IMG/VR virus record: IMGVR_UViG_3300034104_005002
Coordinates: 97,055-161,054 of that record
Reading direction: 5' to 3' (one strand)
Origin: a virus
Length of the DNA stretch: 64,000 nt
The notes beneath the pieces were generated by a model. It saw nothing but the letters and a program-made list of their open reading frames with translations, was not told the origin of the DNA and searched no databases. How positions within the stretch are numbered: the stretch's first letter is position 1; every line of letters starts with the position of its first letter. A program made the translations under genes and the position numbers. This document shows, piece by piece, positions 41,679-51,945 of the stretch.

Positions 41679-42195
41679 GAGTGGTAAGGGATTGGTGGAC
41701 AAACTGACCCTGAAGCTCAAGAGCAGCCTTTGCGTAGGCTGCTGCAGCGTCTTCTGGTGTAGCAAAAGTACCTAAAAACTTATTCCGTCCATTGCTATCT
41801 TGAATTTGCGCACGCCACTTGTTATGGTGAGGTGAAACACCTTTTAGTCCGCACTTATTGGTAGAAAGGACGGGACGGTTGTATTGATTCTGAGTTCGGG
41901 TAGCCAATCTCAGATTCTCGATCCTATCATCATTCCTGATTCCGTTAATATGATCCACTTCCATTTCCCTGGGATCACGATTAAAGAAACACCAGATGAT
42001 ACGATGTCTCTTGTACTTGACTCCGTTCACAGCAATCCCGTGATAGCCATTTTGCTGCAGCCAGCCAGCGGGTTTGCTCAGATCGATTTGACTGTTATGG
42101 CGATACTTCCAGAACAATGCGCCATCGGAGTCGCTGTAGCGGAAAAGCTCCCTTAAGACATCTTGGCCAGGCAGCTGTCTAAATTTGGTCATCAT
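41671..42195 (-). CDS. HNH-AP2 homing endonuclease
   Basis: HRIIW...VDHINGIRNDDRIENLR + GVS...KWRAQI...FLGTFATPEDAAAAY. Confidence 0.9.
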   Translation of the reverse strand: MMTKFRQLPGQDVLRELFRYSDSDGALFWKYRHNSQIDLSKPAGWLQQNGYHGIAVNGVKYKRHRIIWCFFNRDPREMEVDHINGIRNDDRIENLRLATRTQNQYNRPVLSTNKCGLKGVSPHHNKWRAQIQDSNGRNKFLGTFATPEDAAAAYAKAALELQGQFVHQSLTTHV

Positions 42196-42463
42196 CTTTT
42201 TCGATAAACTGACTAGAAGCGGTAAATTGTTCTTTTGTCAGGGCGGTGCGGGTGCGAATAGCCGTGGCGCAGGCATCGGCTCGTGCTGCACCTGTGCTGG
42301 TTCGTGCCCTTTCGTATTGCTTATCACAAATCCGCGCACATGCTTCCCGTTCGGCGGCGATGGCGGCGATGGCGGCTTCCACTATCTCATCAGTGTCATG
42401 ATTAGGATGGCCAACTGCATAGTCATGTAGTCGGTCTAGTGCAATGTGGATAGGGTCAGTCAT
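42179..42463 (-). CDS. hypothetical protein (AEREACARIC motif)
   Basis: ORF track, GC-rich. Confidence 0.6.
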   Translation of the reverse strand: MTDPIHIALDRLHDYAVGHPNHDTDEIVEAAIAAIAAEREACARICDKQYERARTSTGAARADACATAIRTRTALTKEQFTASSQFIEKDDDQI

Positions 42464-42496
42464 TAATAATTTTCCTTTGAACTTTCACAGTTTAAC

Positions 42497-42913
42497 TCAA
42501 TTTAAACCAGATTTGGAGCCTAAGTGGTCACTTTCAGAATCGTCCACTCCTAAAAGTTTTAGGTCTTCCCTACATTCTTCTAATGTATAAGTCTTTACCT
42601 TACCAGTGTCAATATCATCAACCATCTGAAGTAGATGTTCTAGAAACTCTTTTGGATAAACCTCATCTTCACCGAGACTAGACCAAAACCAACCCAAACA
42701 TTCTTCTAGTGGATCATCATTTTTTAGAAGAGCATAATTATCTAAATTATCTGTCATTAGGTCAGACCAGATTCTAAAGTTCATTCTAAAAACCTGAACC
42801 CAGGTAGGAAGAACGTGAGTAAAAATATACTCGGCCCACGACATTTTTGTTTTATTTTCTGTTCCTAAAATTGGTTTACTTATCATCTTTATTTTTTCCG
42901 TAATTAAATCCAT
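42497..42913 (-). CDS. conserved cyanophage hypothetical protein
   Basis: DDPLEEC..WFWSSL...YPKEFLE..QMVDDIDTGK. Confidence 0.65.
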   Translation of the reverse strand: MDLITEKIKMISKPILGTENKTKMSWAEYIFTHVLPTWVQVFRMNFRIWSDLMTDNLDNYALLKNDDPLEECLGWFWSSLGEDEVYPKEFLEHLLQMVDDIDTGKVKTYTLEECREDLKLLGVDDSESDHLGSKSGLN

Positions 42914-42963
42914 ACCAGATAATATAAAGATCTATCAATACGTTAAACCAGTTAATTTGCATT

Positions 42964-43212
42964 TTAAAACCCCTTCGCTTTTTCTCGGTAGTCTAAAATC
43001 TCGACATAATCTAAAAGTTCACTTGGTGTCTGAAACCAAGTCTGAAGTACGTCCTGGTAATTGTTAAATGTTCTGGTCTTCTTATTTATGAAGTGGATTT
43101 TGTAATCGTGCCGTAAATATGGCTCGTCTGATGTTTGTGTAAAAGTAATTAAATCAGTCATGCTCCATCTGGTCTGGTGCTCCACACTAGCACGGATCCA
43201 CCAATTTGTCAA
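42964..43212 (-). CDS. conserved cyanophage hypothetical protein
   Basis: FTQTSDEPYLRHDYK...KGF. Confidence 0.6.
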   Translation of the reverse strand: MTNWWIRASVEHQTRWSMTDLITFTQTSDEPYLRHDYKIHFINKKTRTFNNYQDVLQTWFQTPSELLDYVEILDYREKAKGF

Positions 43213-43255
43213 GCCCTAAACCCCATATATAATATTAAGTTCATTAAAAGAGCAT

Positions 43256-43519
43256 ATGATTTCTATTAAAAAATTCTGTTCAAACATAAAACTCGGTTGG
43301 TTATTAATTTTTGCCACCTTTACCTTGTGGAAAGATCACTTAAAAAATGAATCCACCTTTTGGGTAAGCCTTGAGCAAGATCGATCCATTCCAACATTTA
43401 ATTGGTCTGATTATGAGTGTTTTATAAAAACCCAAAAGAAACCAAGAGGTCGGGCAAAACCAAAATACCCAAATACAATTGCCGGGTTTTTAAAATGGCG
43501 TTCCGAATTTACTAAATAA
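43256..43519 (+). CDS. hypothetical protein
   Basis: ORF track. Confidence 0.4.
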   Translation: MISIKKFCSNIKLGWLLIFATFTLWKDHLKNESTFWVSLEQDRSIPTFNWSDYECFIKTQKKPRGRAKPKYPNTIAGFLKWRSEFTK

Positions 43520-43757
43520 AACAGGAGACGAAATTCTCCTCTTTAGAGAATAAGATGTATTACTAAAAGATTCCAGAAATGGCTCTTTCATTAATGCTTC
43601 TCCTCTAATTGGGTAACATAATCCAATTCTAAGAGAAATAATCTCAGACGACTCATTTGCAGCCGCCTGTAGAACCGACTCGTCTGACATTATGTCAGGA
43701 AGGAATTAGATTGTGTTACCAACAAACCACCCTTTCTTTTCCTTAGGAGAAAAACAA
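43520..43757 (+). ncRNA. putative structured 5' leader RNA
   Basis: CTAAATA at 43512; long stem GGTAACATAATCCAATTC / GAATTAGATTGTGTTACC enclosing smaller hairpins. Confidence 0.5.
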
Positions 43758-44552
43758 ATGCCAGACACAGTTTATGCACCGGATCCCTGGTCTATTCTTG
43801 CCGGTCAGCACTCAGACATTCGTAGAGAAGGTTCTGTAGAGCGCGGCGAGATTCGTTATGATGTTGCTACTCGCTCAGCCGATAACCGTTATGCTAATGC
43901 AGTCGGTCAAGGCGAAATCAAGTATGCAATTGCCGATCACGCTGAATCAACCAACCGTGATATTTTAACCACTGGTTATCATACTCAGGTTAAAGTCGAT
44001 GAGGCCGCTGATAAGATTCAGCAAAGAGCCACTGATTTCTATCTTGCTGGCCAAGCAAGAGATTTTGATACTTCCCGTGATGTTGCGGCTCTAAAAGCAA
44101 CTACAGACATGGCCTCCCAAAAACTCAGCACCGAGATTCTTCTCACTGCTGAAAGGGGGGCCACTGCTACTGCTCTTGAGTCCGCTAAAGTTGCCGCCGC
44201 TGTTGCCCTAGGTCAATCTCAACTCAGCAAGGAAATTGCCGAGAGCAAGTTTGAACTTAGCAAGCAGGTCGGTTATGAAAACGAGAAGACCCGTGACCTC
44301 ATCAATTCTCTCAAGAATGATGAACTCAATCGTCTTCTTATTGAGCGCAACACTGATCTCCAACATTGCCGCCACGACTATTGGGGTGCCAGAGATGGTC
44401 TCGTCAATACGCAATTTGCAGCCCTGTCTTCCCAGGTTAACTCTCAGCTAAATGCCCTAAACAGCCAAATTGCTGAGACCCGTCAAGGTATGGTTAACTT
44501 CGGAACCATGGCCGGTGTTGGTCAGTCCTCAACCAGCAACGCTGTACGCTGA
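43758..44552 (+). CDS. late coiled-coil protein, probably highly expressed
   Basis: AGGAGA SD, biased codons (GCT, CGT, GGT), terminator after stop. Confidence 0.75.
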   Translation: MPDTVYAPDPWSILAGQHSDIRREGSVERGEIRYDVATRSADNRYANAVGQGEIKYAIADHAESTNRDILTTGYHTQVKVDEAADKIQQRATDFYLAGQARDFDTSRDVAALKATTDMASQKLSTEILLTAERGATATALESAKVAAAVALGQSQLSKEIAESKFELSKQVGYENEKTRDLINSLKNDELNRLLIERNTDLQHCRHDYWGARDGLVNTQFAALSSQVNSQLNALNSQIAETRQGMVNFGTMAGVGQSSTSNAVR

Positions 44553-44570
44553 TTTAATTCAGTAGTTATC

Positions 44571-44595
44571 TGGGGGAGGTAACTCCCCCTTTTTT
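44571..44595 (+). terminator. intrinsic terminator
   Basis: GGGGGAG-GTAA-CTCCCCC-TTTTTT. Confidence 0.75.
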
Positions 44596-44611
44596 AAAAA
44601 GGAGAATAACT

Positions 44612-45145
44612 ATGGACTCAGCAGAAAGAAAACTCATTGATCTTTATAATCTTTTGGCCCAATATCAAAGAAATAATGACCCAGCCCTAGAGGGTGCCAT
44701 TAATTCAACTCGATCTGAAATAACATCGATGTTGAATGATCGTGGCGATAAAACTATCATCAAAATTGATGATAGGGACACTATCAACCACTGCAATGAA
44801 GGACCCCCAGGACCCCCAGGACCCCCAGGACCCCCAGGGGAGCCAGGAGTGTGTACCTGTAAATGCAAAAGCATCCTGGTTTCAGATGATTATGATGCTA
44901 CTTGCGATGATTACTATATCGGTGTCAACAGCAACGAACCTGTTACTATTACACTACCTGAAAACTGCATCGACTGTTATGAGATCATCGTAAAGGCAGA
45001 AATGGGTCCACCACTCGGAAATCGTAAAGTCACCATTACGACTTTGGATGGCTCATTAATTGACGGTGATGATGAGTACATTATTGAAGTACCTTATGAT
45101 TCAATCAACATAATTTGTCGTGGCGGCGATTGGCACATTATTTAA
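44612..45145 (+). CDS. short collagen-like (GPP)n protein with phage fibre-type C-terminal beta domain
   Basis: GPPGPPGPPGPPGEPG, CTCKC, DYYIGVN...VTITLP...IDG...WHII. Confidence 0.75.
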   Translation: MDSAERKLIDLYNLLAQYQRNNDPALEGAINSTRSEITSMLNDRGDKTIIKIDDRDTINHCNEGPPGPPGPPGPPGEPGVCTCKCKSILVSDDYDATCDDYYIGVNSNEPVTITLPENCIDCYEIIVKAEMGPPLGNRKVTITTLDGSLIDGDDEYIIEVPYDSINIICRGGDWHII

Positions 45146-45154
45146 CCTAGAACC

Positions 45155-45952
45155 ATGAAATTTAATATTAAACCATCTCAAATTGACACTAGAGACTTTA
45201 TTTACCGAAACGATAGCACAGAGATCTTGCGGGAATCCGTAGATCTCCGTGAATGGGATACAATTGTCGAATCGCAAGACGATTTAGGTAGTTGCGCCGC
45301 CAATGCAATAACAAATGCCTATGAACTTTGCGTTAATCGAAATTATCCTGAACAGTTTACTCATCTAAGTAGATTATTTGTTTATTATAATACACGCCTT
45401 GAGCACGGAATAATCGAAGAAGACGAGGGAATGTTTCTTAGGGATGGCATGAAATCATTATCCAAATATGGAGTGTGTTGTGAAAAATTATGGCCTTATG
45501 ATATAGACAAATTCAACATAAAACCAAGTGAAGAGGCATATGAGGACGGTATAAAAAGAAAAATTCTTAATTACCAAAAACTTATAAGCACCTATTATAT
45601 TGCCCAGGTGATAAACAACAACAAACCAGTTGTATTTGGAATGACCATTTATGAAAGTTTTATGGATCTAAATGAGCGTATTTCTACTGTTACTTTTCCT
45701 TCTAGAAAGGAAAGAAATCTTGGAGGCCATGCTATGTGTATGGTTGGTTATGATTTAAATAAGAGACTATTTTTGGCAAAGAATAGTTTTGGGTCTGATT
45801 GGGGAGACAACGGCTATTGTTGGATTCCTTTTGATTATATTGAAAAAGAGGCATACGACATTTGGACATTTGATATCCCATCCCAAGCAGGAGAACTCAA
45901 TGTACTACCCCTACCCATACTATCCGTACCACAGGCGGAGATATTGTTATGA
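45155..45952 (+). CDS. papain-like cysteine peptidase (C1 family)
   Basis: QDDLGSCAANA, LSRLFVYY, GGHAM, KNSFGSDWGDNGY. Confidence 0.92.
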   Translation: MKFNIKPSQIDTRDFIYRNDSTEILRESVDLREWDTIVESQDDLGSCAANAITNAYELCVNRNYPEQFTHLSRLFVYYNTRLEHGIIEEDEGMFLRDGMKSLSKYGVCCEKLWPYDIDKFNIKPSEEAYEDGIKRKILNYQKLISTYYIAQVINNNKPVVFGMTIYESFMDLNERISTVTFPSRKERNLGGHAMCMVGYDLNKRLFLAKNSFGSDWGDNGYCWIPFDYIEKEAYDIWTFDIPSQAGELNVLPLPILSVPQAEILL

Positions 45953-46028
45953 CGACTATTATTGGAATAGGTGCTATCCCTATTACAATAGATGGTATCC
46001 TTATTATTCCTACTACCCCTATTATTAA
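45900..46028 (+). CDS. tiny Tyr-rich protein
   Basis: AGGAG SD; MYYPYPYYPYHRRRYCYDDYYWNRCYPYYNRWYPYYSYYPYY. Confidence 0.65.
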   Translation: MYYPYPYYPYHRRRYCYDDYYWNRCYPYYNRWYPYYSYYPYY

Positions 46029-46040
46029 GGAGACTTAAAA

Positions 46041-46289
46041 ATGCATTATCGATTTAGGCCTTATCCTTATTATAGGCGTTATTATAATATTGATCCATAT
46101 TATTACAGGAGATATTATCCTTATAATGTGATTGACAGCCAAATTGCCAATATCGATCAAAACATGATCAATTTTGGTGATATGACGAATGTTACTCAGG
46201 ACGCGACCATTTATCAGTTGAGAAGTCCAGAAACAGAAAAAACCAATGAACCACCCGAAGAAGATGGATCATTGGTCTCAGCCACATAA
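46041..46289 (+). CDS. Tyr/Arg-rich small protein
   Basis: AAGGAG SD; YPYYRRYY repeats. Confidence 0.65.
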   Translation: MHYRFRPYPYYRRYYNIDPYYYRRYYPYNVIDSQIANIDQNMINFGDMTNVTQDATIYQLRSPETEKTNEPPEEDGSLVSAT

Positions 46290-46304
46290 TTTACCAGGCG
46301 GTGT

Positions 46305-48202
46305 TTAATCATCGCCTTTTTCTTTTGTAATGCAATCAGACTGAAAAATGTTTTCTAGTTCTTTAAGTTCTTTAGCGGTGACCGCAACCCATCTTTCTGA
46401 TGGCTCCAGAAAAGTTTCCCAAATCGGAACACCCTCGGATTCCATTCTTCGGTAAAAAACTCCTTTATAAGGAGCAAAATACTGACCCGTAAAGTGCCTA
46501 GAAATTTCTAGTTTTGGATTTTTTAGCTGATCTAAGGTTTGCTGAAGAGTGTTAATTTGGTTTTGGATCTCTTCTATAGTGAGTGACATGATTTAGTTTT
46601 TGTAAGAAATATTTTCGTTAAAAAGTTCTACTAGATCCTGGAAATAATATTCGACTTCTTCAGGATTTCCTTTCCCCAGTTCCCAGGCCTTATCAAAAAT
46701 CCTGTTTGCCTTTGGGTGATTGACCATATTGTATTCTGCAATCAGGTCGGTTTGGAATTCATTTTTCAGTCTATCTTGTTCTTCATAATAATGCTTTAGG
46801 TGGGCATTATATGATACTTCATCAAGAACCTTTTCTTCTACACAGTTCTTTGGTGGTTTGAAATCATCATCAAATTGCCTTTTTATCCCTACCATTACCC
46901 CTTTGCGATAGTAATAAATGGTCGTATAGTCGTCCTTTTTGGCAATTGATACCGATGTTGTTTGATAATAAGCAAGTGGTTTCATGATGTCTTTAGCAAG
47001 GGTCAACTGGACTTTGACTGTCCTGTGACTATTATAGGGCAAATGGCTGGGATTTAAAGGGATGATGCGTATGTGATGCGTATGTCGTGCAGATTATTTG
47101 TTTTTAATAATTACAGGACACGATTTGACTACTTTCTGAATTTCTGCCATAATTTCCTTTTTTTGAGTCTCAGTGAGACTAGGATTGGTTATCAATCTTT
47201 TATAAAGCTCGAAAACCTGATTACAAGTGAGAAGTGTTAGAAGAAACAGATTAAACATTTAGAATTTCCCTGGCTCGTTTTTCTACTGAATCGGGATAGT
47301 ATCCCAATTCTTTCTTTTTATTTTCTACGGCCTCGTGCAGACGACAGACGGTCTTTCGATCAGGAAGTTTTCGACCAAAAATCTTTTTGAGTTCCTCATA
47401 ATTTTTTAAATCGGCTAGAGTGCATTTAAAATTAGCCGGATAAAGAAACCCATAACAATAAGGGTAATTATTAATCCATAAGGGCAATATTTTAAAGGTT
47501 GGGTGTTGAAGAGTGCATGAGTATTCGTCATGGATTACAATAGTCGTATCCGGGTCATCTAGATACTGATTGATAATTTTAGACAGGGCCGGGGAAGTCG
47601 GCTCGTTCCTGATAAGAGTCAGGAAGAAATAATTAACTTTTTTGAGAATTTCTTTCATAATTTAGATAGAGAAGGATCTTCTTTTTTACACTTACCAACG
47701 GTTTCATCCCAGGCAACTCTAAAATGCGTATCAAAATCATCAATAAAATATTGTAGAAACTGATAAGAAGCATTCATCAGGGCTTCGGCCTTCTTATAAT
47801 CTCGCTCTTCAAGTGCAGTAATAGCAGTCTCAATGACCTCACGAACACTACAAGCATTACAGATGGTTCCTTCTAAGGAATTCATGGATTCCCATACTTT
47901 ATCATAATCCATTAATTATTCTCCTTTGGTGGTTTAATTTGTTGAAACGGTACATTTAGGGTGTCTGCATAAGAAACCGGACAATTTTCAGCTGTTCCGT
48001 ATTTGGCGACCCATCGGTTCAGGAGAATCTTAGCAGATTCCCTCCTAAAAGCAAAGGCCTCGCTTTTTTTATCGAAAAACTCCTGGGATTTTGGTGGAAA
48101 CTCGTGGGCCTCGACAATCAGATCATATTCTTTTTGATTCACAAAATCTAGATATTTTTGCCTATTCTCTTCGGATGGATTTTCAATTAGGTCTTCAATC
48201 AT
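46305..48202 (-). other. hypothetical ORFs (46305, 46593, 47251, 47655, 47912)
   Basis: ORF track; 46593-47042 is a paralog of 55227-55616. Confidence 0.55.
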
Positions 48203-48314
48203 AAGTCATCGGGATCCCCAAATCCAAGAAATACAGGGTGTCGTGGAAGTTCTTTTTGTGTACTTAATTATAATAACCCAAAAACACACCAGATTTTATC
48301 TCCAGTGTGCCAGT

Positions 48315-48926
48315 TTAAAAAGTGTCCTTTAGGTCTTGGAGCATTTTCTGTAGTTTTTTATAACGATTGATATAATGAAAAAACAGCCGCAATGTATTGA
48401 ATGCATCATCAGATGCCCTATGTGGCTCACCAATAAATTCTAGTTTGTTTCTAGAAAGTGCCGACTTTAGGCCACCTCTTGAGTTTCGCCCACTGGTCAT
48501 TTGTTGGAAAACATAAAGAGTTTTCACATCAAAAATTCGCCTTCCAAAAAAAGGAAAATTGATGCTCCTTTGATTAAACTCTTCTTTAAGTTCTGATGCA
48601 TCTGAAGAAAAGCCAGACCCACCCCAACAAATTGGATTAACGAAACAATCATAAGACCTTATAATTTTCCCCAATTCTTCGGCCACAGTCTCATGAGAAA
48701 CCGACTTCTCTTTGATAATTTCGTCGGTAATTCCTGTGAGTTCGGTGATAAATGGAGTGATTGGTTCTTGTGGGTCAAGATACCAATTGAATTTTTTAAT
48801 TTCTTCTGGTTTTATAGGAGATGCAACTGCTATACCAACCTCTATGATTTTAGGGGTGGTCCCGTCATTTTTATTGTTTAGTTCCAAATCCAGCGAAAGG
48901 TAGTTGATGTTTTTAGGTTGGTTCAT
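48315..48926 (-). CDS. DEDDh 3'-5' exonuclease (DnaQ/ERI-like)
   Basis: SLDLE, IIEVG, ITELTGI, HRASDDA. Confidence 0.88.
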   Translation of the reverse strand: MNQPKNINYLSLDLELNNKNDGTTPKIIEVGIAVASPIKPEEIKKFNWYLDPQEPITPFITELTGITDEIIKEKSVSHETVAEELGKIIRSYDCFVNPICWGGSGFSSDASELKEEFNQRSINFPFFGRRIFDVKTLYVFQQMTSGRNSRGGLKSALSRNKLEFIGEPHRASDDAFNTLRLFFHYINRYKKLQKMLQDLKDTF

Positions 48927-49957
48927 TAGAGTCTAAGATTTGAGTAAGTGAGTCAACAAGTTTTCCCAGAAGTCTGGCTCTTTGTGGTGGAGTATTGGGA
49001 CAATCCCACAACATATCAACAAATCTATTAAGCCGAGGAATAATTTCTACTCGGATTTGTTGTTCTTTATCAGTGTAGGTCATTTTAGATGTCCTCTTGG
49101 TCACTGAATACTTTGGCAAATTCTTCGGTGGCTTCAAATGCATATTGGGCTGCCATAAAAAAGATTTTCCGCCTCTCTTGTTCGGTAACAGTACCAAGAC
49201 CTTGAGCAGTTTTTGCCCATTCAATAAAGAGAGTTTGGCCGATGTCAACAAATCGTTGGTCACTAAAATTCATTTGGAGTTTCTCCTTTGTGTGTGATTG
49301 TAGTTTATGGGAAAATTGAGTCTTATGGGTTGTAGTGTGGTGTCCGTGAAGTTTTCTCCTAGATTATAAGAAGAGCGGACCCAATCCATCATTCCCATTT
49401 ATTTACTTTTTAAAGATATTTTTGATTAAGTCAAAAATGCTTTCACGTTCTTCATAATACTTTGCATCAGGTCCACATTTTCCTATCCAGGCTCGTTCAA
49501 AATCACAAAATTTGATTGAAGTTCTTCCATCTACTGGACTTGGTGGTTCTTGAAGTTCTGGATGTGTACAAGTACTATAAAAATGGGCAACTTTATGATA
49601 CTTGCAATCTTTACATAGTTTAGTCATTTCAATTCTTTTTAAAGAGTTTGTAAATCGCATCCGCGACAGCCAGGGCTTCTTCGGGTTCCATTGTAATATG
49701 AATTTTGCGGTTCCCCTTTTCCCAATAAGAAATAGTGCAACCATCAGTATCAACCACGATATTCTGGTCTTCTACGGTATAATACCATTCATCACCAGTA
49801 TAAATGCTGATTTGGGTGCTAGTTTCGACAGCCATTGGAAAACCTCCTTTGTGGATGAGTATATTATAAATTGGGATTGGGTTAATCTAGATGCTTCTTG
49901 TGCCAGTTAGTCAAGTGTCCTTTAGGTCTTGGAGTTTTTTATTTTGTTGTTTTGTGT

Positions 49958-50233
49958 TCATGGGTCTACATAAGTTTCCAAGTAAGCAATAATTTTATCA
50001 AGATAATATTCTTCGGTCAGCTTTGCGGCAGGACAGAACCCTAAATGTTTGTTATGGGTCATGAGGAACCACCTCATATTTTCTCCATCGCCGCCAACGA
50101 CAACATGAAGAAGTGAGTAAAGTTGAAGAAACTTCACTGTATCAATGTATCTGTTCGGAATTTGTAGAATTTCCGAGGCCTTATCGGCGGCTTGTTGTAG
50201 AATTTCTTTTTCGGTGGTCATTTTAAATATCAT
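49958..50233 (-). CDS. solo Xre/MbcA/ParS-like antitoxin C-terminal domain
   Basis: LYSLL..VVG....MRWF....NKHLG..PA......YLDKIIAYL. Confidence 0.5.
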   Translation of the reverse strand: MIFKMTTEKEILQQAADKASEILQIPNRYIDTVKFLQLYSLLHVVVGGDGENMRWFLMTHNKHLGFCPAAKLTEEYYLDKIIAYLETYVDP

Positions 50234-51069
50234 CAGATGAAAAGACTAGATTTTCCGGAAGAGCCTCAACATCTAGTTTGGCTCTCAGGTGTCTAATAAT
50301 ATCCATGGGTTCTTGCGAGTTGTTCCAGTATTTTATTTTATAATATCCCGATGAAATCCAATTTGGAGAATTAAAACAAAACTGTCCGGGGACATAAATT
50401 CCATAGCAAAGAATCTTCATATCTCTCTTTTTCACATAAGGACCCTTTCTAACTGCGGCTATCCAATATCTGGTCCTATACTTTTTAAATGTGAATATCT
50501 CTTGAAAGAAGTTGTTTTTAACATCTTCCCTAAGAATATTATAGGTCCAGTTATCAAAGTCAAACAAGTCCGAAGATTTAAGTCTTTCGTTGTCAGTCAT
50601 TTTCTCTTCCAATTGGAACAATAAAAATCAGATGGAGCCATAATGAAAGAGACAAAAATAAAGCAACAAAAAGACCTATAATAAAGGGGATTTCGTCTTT
50701 AGTCATCGGTTCATCCAGTCCCTCAAATCAACAATTTCATACCAATCATACCTATTTGATATTTCATCCCATTTTTCTATTGCTTCCTCTTTGGTTTCGT
50801 AGCATTCAATCCAATCACCGGTACAGTCAGAAGGATAATATTCGTCTCCAGCAATCAAAAGGTAGTGCTTAGTTGACATTAGATTTTTGTGAGGTACAAG
50901 ATTATTATAGGCCAAAAATGACCCCCGTAAAGTGCATATGTTCCAGTTCGTCGAGTGTCCTATTTAAGACCGCCCATAAACGAATAAGATTCTGCGTCAC
51001 CCCATTGAAGCCCAACAGAGACGTAGCGCGAGATAATGAAGTCTTCCCATAAAGATTTAAAAAAGTTAA

Positions 51070-51843
51070 TCATAATTCGTATTCACGTTTAAAGGCATCT
51101 TCCCCAATATTTTTAATCACTTCTTCCTTCCAATTATTGTCTAGCCTAGGAATATCTCTCCAATCATATTCAGATAATGAATATTTGTTTATACCATCCT
51201 TTGCATCTTCAACCAGCTCATTAAAATAACTACCTTCTTTTTTGGTACTTGCGATGATTATTTTGGGGGAGTTATTGCGACCAAAGAAAGAAGCCAATAA
51301 ATTCTGAGAAGTATAGTACTCCATAAACGCAAATTCATCTAAAAATGCGTGAGTATATTCCCAATTCTCCCAAGTTTCAGGGGTAGAAATATTTGTTACT
51401 ATTTTTACCCTAGAATTATTTTTAAGTATTATCCACATTGAGGTTCTTTTTACTATTCCGGGTTTAATCCAATCGGGTAACTGTTCATATGTATTATAGA
51501 ATCGTTCAAGTAAATATTTTGAATTTTGATAACTAAAACTACTAATCACAATATTGCAATTAGATTTAAAAATTGCCTGATGTAAAAGATAGAATAATGG
51601 AACCGATGATTTGCCAAATTGTCTTGGGGCCTTTATAAGATTGTATTTGTTTTTATGAATTTTTTTGACAATTTCTTCTTGGGCGGGATAAAGAAGAAAA
51701 GGCGCATTATCTTCTTTAAGCGAAGAAAATTTCACATAATTGTTAATAAAATAAATTGGGTCATTAGAACATTTAATTGATTCTGAAAAATGAAGAATTT
51801 TGTTTAATAAGTTAATCATATCAAAAGGGTTGAATGTGGTCAA
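51070..51843 (-). CDS. terminase large subunit (gp17-like) ATPase-domain-only paralog
   Basis: DPIYFINNYVK, LYPAQ, APRQFGKS, FLDEFAF, IIIAST; ends at FKREYEL with no nuclease domain. Confidence 0.8.
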   Translation of the reverse strand: MTTFNPFDMINLLNKILHFSESIKCSNDPIYFINNYVKFSSLKEDNAPFLLYPAQEEIVKKIHKNKYNLIKAPRQFGKSSVPLFYLLHQAIFKSNCNIVISSFSYQNSKYLLERFYNTYEQLPDWIKPGIVKRTSMWIILKNNSRVKIVTNISTPETWENWEYTHAFLDEFAFMEYYTSQNLLASFFGRNNSPKIIIASTKKEGSYFNELVEDAKDGINKYSLSEYDWRDIPRLDNNWKEEVIKNIGEDAFKREYEL

Positions 51844-51945
51844 GAATACTTACAATAAAAGGCAGCATAAGAAAAAACAATAGCCAAGAAATTTGGACTA
51901 ATTCAAGGCAAATCCAAAAAAGAAAAATCGGATAAAGAAAATACA

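Noticed and set aside
44801-44850. 9-bp tandem repeat GGACCCCCA
   Set aside because: Encodes the GPP collagen-like stretch
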